Origin: Macrostomum lignano
Taxonomy: Eukaryota
Reading direction: 5' to 3'
Assembly: GCA_002269645.1 (NCBI GenBank)
Contig: NIVC01000197.1
Location: forward strand, 310,001-374,000
Length of the DNA stretch: 64,000 bases
Below the pieces are notes generated by a model. That model was not told the DNA's origin. It did not search any database and saw only the letters and a program-made list of their open reading frames with translations. Positions 23,367-39,842 of the stretch are shown piece by piece. The position numbers were made by a program, and so were the translations under genes. How positions within the stretch are numbered: position 1 is the stretch's first letter; the number at the start of each line of letters is the position of its first letter.

Positions 23367-24029
23367 GCACATACCCCAGTTGCGATATGATTCAGTACAG
23401 CGGCCTGCAGTTGCAGGAGTCAGTATTTGAAGAGTCAGAGGAGGTGGCAGCTTCTCCAGACGTTACTGCAGCCACATGGCAGGCAAGCCCCGCGACTGAG
23501 CTCAAACTTCACAAGCTGCCGCCAGCTCACTCCGCAATTGTTGAGTTAAAAAGCTTACCGCCTATCCTCACTTCTCTCTCACTGCCTCTATAGTACTAGA
23601 GCTATAAGCCATAGCTGTTAGAAAAGCAATACAGAAAATTTACAACGCATGCAGAGTGGAGAGCCACCGTATGCGCCCACTGCAGGCAAATTGGCGCACA
23701 CGCGCACATATCTACTGAACTCTGTTAGCGTTTGGAGTCCGGCAAACTGATTAATTAGTCTGGTTACTGGCCGCACCGAGGCTAAACTGCAGCTGTTAGC
23801 TGAGTTCAGTTCTGGCAAGATAGAGAGAGGGGAGAGAGAATGGAGGAGCCGCTAAAGGTTTGTTTAAAGTAACTTTATGTGGCAGTCGGTGAGTCAAAAG
23901 AGCAGCAATTCTGTAACCAGAGAGAAGAGAGATTTATGAGCCGCCATTGCCCAGGCCCATCTCGCAGCTTGAGGCAATCCTATAGCAAACAGAAAGCAAT
24001 ATTTTACAAATACTGTTTACAAATTAGTG

Positions 24030-24870
24030 TAAGGACTCCTAATTTGGTGTCAGGACTCCTAATTTGGTGTCAGGACTCCTAATTTGGTGTGAGGACTCCT
24101 AATTTCGTGTGAGGACTCCTAATTTAGTGTGAGGACTCCTAATTTGGTGTGAGGACTCCTAATTTGGTGTGAGGACTCCTAATTTGGTGTCAGGACTCCT
24201 AATTTAGTGTGAGGACCCCTAATTTGGTGTCACAACTTTACAGTTAGCATCAGGACTCTACAATTAGAGTCAGGACTTTACTTTCAGTGACAAGACTCTA
24301 CACTTAGTGTCAGGACTTTACATTTAGTGTCAGGATTCTACATTTAGTGTCAGGACTCTACAGTTAGTGTCAGAACTCTACATTTAGTGTCAGGACTCTA
24401 CAGTTAGTGTCAGGACTCTACAGTTAGTGTCAGGACTCTACAGTTAGTGTCAGAACTCTACAGTTAGTGTCAGGACTCTACAGTTAGTGTCAGGACTCTA
24501 CAGTTAGTGTCAGGACTCTACATTTAGCGTCAGAACTCTACAGTTAGTGTCAGGACTCTACAGTTAGTGTCAGGACTCTACATTTAGTGTCAGGACTCTA
24601 CATTTAGTGTCAGGACTCTACAGTTAGTGTCAGGACTCTACAGTTAGTGTCAGGACTCTACAGTTAGTGTCAGGACTCTACAGTTAGTGTCAGGACTCTA
24701 CAGTTAGTGTCAGGACTCTACAGTTAGTGTCAGGACTCTACAGTTAGTGTCAGGACTCTACAGTTAGTGTCAGGACTCTACAGTTAGTGTCAGAACTCTA
24801 CAGTTAGTGTCAGGACTCTACAGTTAGTGTCAGGACTCTACAGTTAGTGTCAGGACTCTACTTTGAGTGT
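24030..24870. repeat. 20-bp minisatellite in two related blocks (AGGACTCCTAATTTGGTGTS then CAGGACTCTACAGTTAGTGT)
   Basis: About 40 visible copies; the unit sequence switches near 24235. Confidence 0.95.
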
Positions 24871-25619
24871 CAGGGGTGCTAAATTGAGTATCAGGGGTTC
24901 TGTTGCGATTCGTGACTGCATTGCTTGAGGGTATAACTTGAGTAAAATTAGCTATATGGACTAAAAAGTACATTTTTGAGTACTAAGAAAGACACGCCAT
25001 TTAGAGAACTAGCTAGCACTGATATGGGCCTTATCGTACACAGGCTGGCAGAGAGAGGACCCAGCCCCCAGATACGAACGCACAGCCCAGCGCGATAGCA
25101 CAGGCCCAATGCTGCTGCTGCTGTTGCTGCTGCTGTAAGCAGTAGTGCGCCGAATCAGTGCTGATTGGAAATTGAACCGCTGAGTCGCCAAGTGTGCCTG
25201 ATTAATTCCAGCTGTAGTTATGCCAAGGTGCCTTGCCGTCTGGTGCTGGATAATCTCGATTGCTTGCATGGCTCTTGATTAATTAGTTATTACGCCTGTT
25301 CTCTGCTCTGTTGTCTGTTTGTCCATCTGACTTGTTGTTTAAATACACAGGCAATGTTGAGGAGCAGCAGAGATGGGCGGCTCAATAGCTAAAGTCAGCT
25401 TAATTAGTTTGCAGGGTCCCGCGCCCATTCATTCCCATTTATCGCGGACCCCTAAGCACGCACCGACAACAGATTAGCGACACGCGGACGTACACACGCT
25501 CACTCAGGGTGTACAGCAGCCCTGACTTTCTAATCGTCAGGCATGTACACTGTCTGTGCCTGGGGTTGGTGAGAGGCACATGTATGATGGAGGCGCTATA
25601 CAGAGTTCCTGAAGACACT

Positions 25620-26350
25620 CAACTGTCGAGGGCGCCCAGTTGCTGTTGCGGCGAGTGTCGGCCTGGTGGTCAACACGCAGAAGGCCGTCGTGCTCTGTGT
25701 GCCGAACGACATCGAGGCTGCGATTTTGTGCCGAGGCGCTGATGGACAGGCGACAGAGCTTCCGCGTTGTCAGCAGTTCGTCTACCTCGGCGGTCTGGTT
25801 CCCGGTGTCCGCGAGGATTTGCGGCGTCGCCGCGGGCTTGCCTGGGCTGCCTTTCGTTCTGTGAGGGCAGTGCTGTAGTCCGAGGCCCTGCCTGACCGCC
25901 AGAGGGCGGCGCTGTTCCAGGCGGTGATCGAAACCGTCCTGCTGTACAACGCCGAGACCTGGACGCTGACGGAGTCGCTCGAGCAACAAGTTGACGCGGT
26001 GTATGCTGGTCTGCTGCGCGCCGCCTTCAAGATCGGCTACGAGTGAGTGAGCAACGCGGCTTTGTATCGCCGCGCCGGCCTGGTCCGTCCAAGCGACCTG
26101 TTTCGCCGTCGGCGACTCCAGTTGGCAGGCCACATCATCCGCGCCGAGTCCTACTGCCCAGAGCCGGTGCAGGAGGTGCTGCTGCTAACGCTGCAGGCAC
26201 CCTACCGGCGGGGGGCAGGCGCGCACTCGGCGTTTCGTCGACTGCCTGGTAGCTGACGCCGGCGCCCCGGACACTGCCGGCGGCGTGGCGTTCATTCGCG
26301 ACCTGTCCCTGAGGCGCGCCTTGTGACGCTGAACGCGTATTCTGTTGTGT
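25620..26350 (+). mobile_element. 5'-truncated 3' fragment of the same RTE-like LINE family as 19050-21205
   Basis: Encodes VNTQKA...FVYLGG...DLRRRRGLAWAAF...LFQAVIETVLLYNAETWTLT...RRRLQLAGH with internal stops. Nucleotide similarity to the minus copy is visible, including the 3' end (ccttgtgacgctg vs ccctgtgacgttg). Confidence 0.87.
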
Positions 26351-27147
26351 GTTGTTCCTGAAGAACGGCGGGGTTTGTACTATAATAACTGGATGGGTCA
26401 CTCAGGCATATATACTCGTACTTAGTAGTAGTAAAACAGCTTTCTACTTTCAGTTCAGTAGCAAAGAATACGTAAGCTATTTTATAAAAATAAAGTCAGC
26501 TGAAATGACTTTGATAAGTTTAGAAGCCCAAGCTTGCAGGCGTAAAACAACTTGCTAATTGGTTCAGCAATAATGTACATTGGCCAGTCCACTGAAATGT
26601 ACATGGCAGCTTTAAGGTGTAATTCCGAGAAAGGCAATAAAAATTGGGGCGGGGCGGGGGGGTTGTGTGGAAAGGCGCGATTGGAGGGTCTAAGCTGGGT
26701 TGGGGGTAAGAGGCGATAAATGAGCCTTGGCGTTAAAAAATACATTAAAATGCTTCCGTTTAACTTACTACTGAACTAAAAGTAGATTACACGAAAATGT
26801 GCTGAGTGGCCCTCTAGTTATTTTAGTCTTCGGCTTGGCCCTGTGAATGTTAGTGACCACAGAATATTCGTTCTGTGTTAGTGACCGTCTTCTGAAGTAC
26901 GGAAGGCACAGGTTCATCGCATTACGAGTACGTCTGTTTCGCACCAGGCAGCCTGATAGTCAAATAGCCTATAGTGAAATGCACGCTTGTAATGAATAAA
27001 GTAGTAAATTTTATTAAATCGCGAGCTTGACAGATGCGTAACTGCCATCGAAATTCTTTATTGGTGTACATTTTTCATCGATCAGGGTGGGTTTCTTATG
27101 CATGTATGCCAACGCAAAAGTAAGACAAACTGGACAGACCCCGCAAT

Positions 27148-27575
27148 GAGCGGTGACCCGCACTGAGCAGTGACCCGCACTGAGCAGTGACCCACTCTGA
27201 GCAGTGACCCGCAATGAGCAGTGACCCGCACTGAGCAGTGACCCGCACTGAGCAGTGACTCACGTTGAGCAGTGACCCGCAATGAGCAGTGACCCACTCT
27301 GAGCAGTGTGACCCGCACTGAGCAGTGACCCACGTTGAGCAGTGACCCACTCTGAGCAGTGACCCGCACTGAGCAGTGACCCGCACTGAGCAGTGACCCA
27401 CTCTGAGCAGTGACCCGCACTGAGCAGTGACCTGCACTGAGCAGTGACCCACTCTGAGCAGTGACCCGCAATAAGCAGTGACCCGCAATAAGCAGTGACC
27501 CACTCTGAGCAGTGACCCGCAATAAGCAGTGACCCACTCTGAGCAGTGACCCGCACTGAGCAGTGACCCACGCAC
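27148..27575. repeat. 17-bp minisatellite (TGAGCAGTGACCCRCAC) upstream of p62
   Basis: About 25 visible copies. Confidence 0.95.
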
Positions 27576-28112
27576 GTTTAACAGCCACGCTGAAGAGCTG
27601 ACGATAAACAAGCAATCCAACGGTGCACAATTTCAATATAATACTTTAGAATGCACGGCTGAGGGGTTGAAAATATGCAAAAACCGTTTTTGTTAAATAA
27701 TTCATTGTTTAATATCTATATGTGACACTTCTGTACTCGTACACATTAATTATAATAAGACATTAGAAGACTAACTGAAGATTAAGGCACGCTATTTATT
27801 GCGAGGAAAATATGGCTTTAGAATTCTGTGCAACAAGGCTGGAATGCGTAGGACCTACGCTAGCACTGCATACCGAACACTGTGCACGCAATGTCTAAAA
27901 ATAGCATCAGGGAATCCCCAATAGAAAAACCTGGGGCAAACGTAGCGCCGACGCTGCAATTCGTGTCCGATGCGCAGCGAAATCGTGGCGGCCCGGCCAG
28001 CAGCATAAAAAGCCGCAGCAAAAGCCGCAGACAAGTCAGCTCACTTCAGCCTCAGCTGAGACTTTGAGAAGGCATCCAAGAGTCCCCAGCTTCAGACCAG
28101 ACAAGCTAAATC

Positions 28113-28970
28113 ATGGCCTCATCGGTCGTACCGTTCAAGTGTTACTATGGCAACGAGATCCGGCGCCTCAGCCTTGCGGGCCAAGCCACCTACGCCAGCC
28201 TGGTGGAGCAGCTGCAGGCCGTCTTCTCCATCGCGCCAACGCAGCAGCTGCGGCTCCGCTGGCAGGATGAGGAGGGTGACAGGGTCACCATGACAACCAA
28301 TGCCGAGCTGCAGGAGGCCATCCGCAGCCTCGCCGCCAGACGGGACGGCGGCTCCGGCGACGCTGTCAAAGTCTTCATCAGCGTCGGCGACCCGACGGTC
28401 GTCCACGAGGGCGTCGTGTGCGATGGCTGCGAGTCCGGCGTGACGGGCCAGCGGTTCAAGTGCCTCCTGTGCCCCGACTTTGACCTCTGCTCGGCCTGCA
28501 TGACAGGCGGCAGCCACAGCCAGCATCCCATGCTCCTCATCAGGCGGCCTGACGACCTCCCGGCAGCTCGCTGCTTCCGCCGCGGTCCCTGCGGCCGGGG
28601 ACGATGGGGCGGCCCGCGGTTCCGCGACTTCTTTGCCAAGGCTGCCGAGGCCGCTGCAGCCGCCGCCGCGGACTTCGAAGGAGCCGCCACCGCTGCCACC
28701 TCCCAGCAGGCCGCTCCGCCACCGCCGCCTCCGCCCGCCGCCACCTCCGCCGAGGCGATGGCGACCGACGAGCGGACGGAGGAGGCCGCGGCCGCTGCCG
28801 CCGGTCGCCATGACAACAGCGGGGAGATGCCGGACCCGCGAGTGGCTCGAGCGCTGGAGCACATGCAGGCCATGGGCTTCAGCGATGACGGAGGCTGGCT
28901 GACCCGGCTGCTGCTGGCCAAGGAGGGCGACATCTGCGCCGTGCTGGACGCCATCCGGCCCGTCAAGTGA
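28113..28970 (+). CDS. SQSTM1: Sequestosome-1/p62 (Ref(2)P) orthologue, single exon, 285 aa: PB1 - ZZ zinc finger - UBA
   Basis: PB1 (FKCYYGNEIRRLSL...LRWQDEEGDRVTM), ZZ (VHEGVVCDGC...RFKCLLCPDFDLCSAC...HSQH) and a UBA closely matching p62 (DPRVARALEHMQAMGFSDDGGWLTRLLLAKEGDICAVLDAI). Uninterrupted ATG-to-TGA ORF. Confidence 0.95.
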   Translation: MASSVVPFKCYYGNEIRRLSLAGQATYASLVEQLQAVFSIAPTQQLRLRWQDEEGDRVTMTTNAELQEAIRSLAARRDGGSGDAVKVFISVGDPTVVHEGVVCDGCESGVTGQRFKCLLCPDFDLCSACMTGGSHSQHPMLLIRRPDDLPAARCFRRGPCGRGRWGGPRFRDFFAKAAEAAAAAAADFEGAATAATSQQAAPPPPPPPAATSAEAMATDERTEEAAAAAAGRHDNSGEMPDPRVARALEHMQAMGFSDDGGWLTRLLLAKEGDICAVLDAIRPVK

Positions 28971-29520
28971 CGGCCCAGCATCTGAGTGCAGGCTTTCGTG
29001 GTGAACTGCAACTTCGCACGGCTTTGATGCGAACTCCTCATGCTAATCTGCTCGAAATTTGACCTTCTCGCCAGCTGTCATATCCAGCAATATTGTACTG
29101 TACGTGTACTTAAGTACATATAGCTATCAAGTTAGCTTCTGCAATGCCTTCTGTTCTGTGTTAGCACATGTGCGAGCGTACAATGCAAATTTGCAGACCG
29201 CGATTTTTTAATGTTTTGACATAGTGGTTTTCATCCAGTTACTCGTAAGATGAATGCTATTATTATTTTAAGATCAATTTGAATAAGTACAGGATATGCC
29301 GTGTGCCTGTACATGTACCTAGTACCTAGAAACAAAAAACTTTGGATCAAGGAAATATACGAGACAGTAATTCAAATTGGTTTACATTCAAAAATATTTT
29401 GCCCTATTGATTTTTCTTTCAGAATGTAACACATGTACATGTACGAGCTCGTAATGAGTTTTCACTTCTATATAAAAATCTGAGAACTTTTTGAAAAACT
29501 GAGAAAAACACAATGCAGGA

Positions 29521-29979
29521 CAGTGGCGTAGCCAGGAATTTCAATTGGGGGGGGGGGGCGGTTGGCCTGGCTGGCCATGCCGTATGCCATTGCCACTTTT
29601 GGCGCCGCAGGCACTCATTTTGGCGCCGCAGGCACTCATTTTGGCGAAGCAGGCACTCATTTTGGCGCCGCAGGCACTCATTTTAGCGCTGCAGGCACTC
29701 ATTTTAGCGCTGCAGGCACTCATTTTAGCGCTGCAGGCACTCATTTTAGCGCTGCAGGCACTCATTTTAGCGCTGCAGGCACTCATTTTAGCGCTGCAGG
29801 CACTCATTTTAGCGCTGCAGGCACTCATTTTAGCGCTGCAGGCACTCATTTTAGCGCTGCAGGCACTCAATTGCCTCATGGTTTTTGGTACGCTCGTACC
29901 CGCCGCGCCCAACCCCACCCCCCAGGCGATGGGGGGGGGGGGGCGGGGCGGCCCCCCCCGCCCCCTGGCTACGCCACTG
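29521..29979. mobile_element. Non-autonomous hAT-type element (MITE), 459 bp, carrying an internal 21-bp tandem array
   Basis: Perfect 16-bp TIR CAGTGGCGTAGCCAGG (29521-29536) / CCTGGCTACGCCACTG (29964-29979); identical 8-bp TSD ATGCAGGA at 29513-29520 and 29980-29987. CAG termini with an 8-bp TSD are typical of hAT. Confidence 0.93.
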
Positions 29980-31463
29980 ATGCAGGACGTATTACTGTTG
30001 GCTTATTTACATGTACCTTGTGTGCGCGCACGCTCACCAAATATTGTCACTGCCAGCTATACGTTCATATGTTATACATGTACCAATTGTTGTACATCAT
30101 GCTTTGTCTCGCGTTAAAACTTAAACTGAGTCGATTCTGGGATTTTAAGAAACTAGAAAAAAACAAAAAAATATATACTGTCAATATGTCTTTTTGCTAA
30201 TAAAAATGTTTCTTAATTGAAACTAATAAATTTGATGCATACAAAAAAATAAATTTTGTTAAATTACAAAAGCTTATTTTACCGATCATTAATTTGCGGG
30301 CCACCTCTAATGTACATATACACGCAGTTACTCAACTAAAATGTACTTGACAGTGACCATTGTACTTTGTACGCTGGGAGAACTACGCACACATATGTAT
30401 AAAAAATTAGGTCCGGTCAACAAATGCCTAGACGCACAGATAAAAAACAACTTCGAAAAAACTTGCAACAAACAAAACTTTGTTTTTTTGTCGCCGGATT
30501 GACTGTCGCCGGATCGTCTTCTTGTCGCCTTTTTGACTAGAAAGCCCAATAGTAGAAAGTACCAAATATTAACTAGAACTGTTTCCAACTCAAGCAGGCC
30601 AAATAAAATTCAGAAAAATTCTAGGCTTAAGTAATCAGAATCCCCAAATTTACTTATTCTCACGGATCTTTTTTAAGGTTAATTGTTTGTTTAAATGTGT
30701 CACTACTGACTCGATTATTTTAAAAGCTTTGTAGCAGAAAACTTTATAAAGATCGAGTAAGCTGCATTTATAGTAAATTAAAATTACAAATGGACAAATT
30801 CGCATTTAGTATTGACTTTTAATGCTAGTCTAATTTCTACAATAATTGCGAACTAAAGACAATTTTGCTCCCCGTATAAATTTACCAAACAACGTCTTTC
30901 GTTGACATTAATTGCGTAGAAAATTAAAAACAAATAAAAATTTGAAAGATTATCATGAAAATTATTTTCCCGAAAGTGACAGTGTTGAGAATGTCTGTTC
31001 AGTATGCATTTTTTTGCTTTTTTAATTTATTCTTTTTAGTTTAAATAAATAATTACGGTAGCAGTTTTTAACCGTCTGCTGTATAAATCCTGGCCAGATT
31101 AATTTGTATTTAATATATCAGTAGTATGTCAAGCAAATGAATTAGTATTTATTTCTTCTTCTTAACTTTTCCAAATGTCCATAGAAATTATTGTAGCTTA
31201 TTGTATTTAGCTTAGACTCAGACAATATGTTTTAATTGACTAAAATTTTCACTAAAAACTCTTCAAAAATGAAACTTAAAAAAACAATAGGAACTATCAA
31301 CTATCAAGAAAGTTAATCAACTTTCTTGCTTAGTTGATGCATCATGAATTTATTGGAAAACTCTGCTAAATACAGAATTAACCCAAAAAGAGGTTCAGAT
31401 CAACAAGCATCAGTGTAAAAGATACAATACTTTACAGCTCCACCGCACTGCTATCCATCTCGC

Positions 31464-37368
<5,905 letters not shown>

Positions 37369-37371
37369 AGG

Positions 37372-38670
37372 TGTGACAGTGTGGCCATAGACTAATGATG
37401 TGTGAGACAGTTTGGCCATAGAATAATGATGTGTGTGACAGTGTGGCCATAGACTAATGATGTGTGTAACAGTGTTGCCATAGACTAATGATGTGTGTGT
37501 GTGTGACAGTGTGGCCATAGACTAATGATGTGTGTGACAGTGTTGCCATAGACTAATGGTGTGTGTGACAGTGTGGCCATAGACTAATGATGTGTGTGTG
37601 ACAGTGTGGCCATAGACTAATGATGTGTGTGTGACAGTGTGGCCATAGACTAATGATGTGTGTGTGACAGTGTGGCCATAGACTAATGATGTGTGTGTGT
37701 GTGTGTGTGTGACAGTGTGGCCATAGACTAATGATGTGTGTGTGTAACAGTGTGGCCGTAGACTAATGATGTGTGTGTGTGACAGTGTGGCCATAGACTA
37801 ATGATGTGTGTGTGTGTGACAGTGTGGCCATAGACTAATGATGTGTTTGTGTGTGACAGTGTGACCATAGACTAATGATGTGTGTGTGTGTGTGTGTGTG
37901 TGTGACAGTGTGGCCATAGACTAATGATGTGTGTGTGTCACAGTGTGGCCATAGACTAATGATGTGTGTGACAGTGTTGCCATAGACTAATGGTGTGTGT
38001 GACAGAGTGGCCATAGACTAATGATGTGTGTGACAGTGTTGCCATAGACTAATGATGTGTGTGTGACAGTGTGGCCATAGACTAATGATGTGTGTGTGTG
38101 ACAGTGTGGCCATAGACTAATGATGTGTGTGTGTGTGTGTGACAGTGTGGCCATAGACTAATGATGTGTGTGTGTAACAGTGTGGCCGTAGACTAATGAT
38201 GTGTGTGTGTGACAGTGTGGCCATAGACTAATGATGTGTGTGTGTGACAGTGTGGCCATAGACTAATGATGTGTGTGTGTGTGTGTGTGTGACAGTGTGG
38301 CCATAGACTAATGATGTGTGTGTGACAGTGTGGCCATAGACTAATTATGTGTGTGTGACAGTGTGGCCATAGACTAATGATGTGTGTGTGACAGTGTGGC
38401 CATAGACTAATGATGTGTGTGTTACAGTGTGGCCATAGACTAATGATGTGTGTGACAGCGTGGCCATAGACTAATGATGCGTGTGTGTGACAGTGCGGCC
38501 ATAGACTAATGATGTGTGTGTGTGTGACAGTGTGGCCATAGACTAATGATGTGTTTGTGTGTGACAGTGTGACCATAGACTAATGATGTGTGTGTGTGTG
38601 ACAGTGTGGCCATAGACTAATGATGTGTGTGTGACAGTGTGGCCATAGACTAATGTTGTGTGCGACAGTA
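37372..38670. repeat. Compound minisatellite GTGACAGTGTGGCCATAGACTAATGAT(GT)n directly after the SLK stop codon
   Basis: About 33 copies with variable (GT)n tract length. Confidence 0.96.
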
Positions 38671-39842
38671 TTGAAACATTCCCCATTTGTCATATAATGT
38701 GTGGTACAATTGGGACTTTAATCGCGGTCAATATTCAATATTCTACATTGCCTTTAGTCTCATAGTGCCGGACTCATTATTTTACTAGGCCATTTTGGCA
38801 CTTTTTGCTCAACGTATCATTTGCGAAACTTCTGATTCTGATTTTATCCCAGATTTAATCCCAAATACTAAAACAGACTTTCTTCGTATCCTTGCAATCA
38901 AGCAGAAATTTTGCTATATTTTACCATTTTTTATTCCGTGCAATCTTCCTGATTCAATGGAACCTGATTTTAGCTTTTAATTCCTTAGTATTCATTTTAT
39001 GATTGTATTTTAAATATACGCGAAGCACTCTATAACAAAATAGAATTAAAACTGCAATTATTGTGCAACATTTTTTTCTAACAGTGGAATCAGCCTGTTG
39101 CCGCTGTATTGTATTTAAATAACAAACTGTCTAAAGTACAAACAGATAAAAAATAAAAGTACTTTGAAGACGCGCAATGAAACAGGATTATACATTTAGA
39201 ACCGGTCAGTAAGTACGAAGTTACTACTAGGGTGAGCTAAAAAGTCAAGGATGCCTAAATTTCTAAACTAGATACTAAAATTCAGATATCCTTAGCTCAA
39301 AAGCCGCCCGAGTCAAGGACTACTCAAGCAGTAGGACGTGGGACTACGTTTATTGAAAAAAATGTAGGAGGCAGTTTTTACCGAAAAAATGCATTACGGA
39401 GATAGGAGGTCTTCATTCTTTCAAAACAAAAATTGCTATTGCTTTTGATAGCAGGCAGGCAGACCCAATGTTCATCTTTTGATATGACTCGCCCTTCTTA
39501 CAGCTCTATTGATATTCATAGAGCTTTTCATTTAGAAAATTAGGATTCTATGTTAATTCCTATGCCTAAAAATCCCGAAAATCAGAAAATCACGGTTTTA
39601 TGCATCTATTTTATCATTCTGTTGCGTATTGTTTACTCAGTCCACTAAGTCAGCTAACAGTTTCTGTGCTAAAAAAACGAAAAACTCCATTCTCCGCAAT
39701 GGATTTTTTCGGTAAAAACCTGCCTCCTTGGATCTTCTAAGAAACAGAGTTTCCCGGCATACTACTTGAGTTTCCTTGGCCTGAGTTACTATTTATAGCA
39801 AAAATTATTATTGCAAAGAAACGGACGCTGCCTACTATGCTA

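Noticed and set aside
22860-25300. Short ORFs at 22892-23152, 23300-23593 and 25009-25269
   Set aside because: No recognisable domain, no convincing splice chain, and partly built on microsatellites.
25500-25560. Definitive hammerhead ribozyme annotation
   Set aside because: CUGACGA and GAAA are present, but no helix II and no canonical A-U/NUH cleavage site could be built in either copy; kept only as a finding.
27148-27575. Antioxidant-response (ARE) array upstream of p62
   Set aside because: The unit has TGAC-NN-GC spacing, not the TGAC-NNN-GC required for an ARE.
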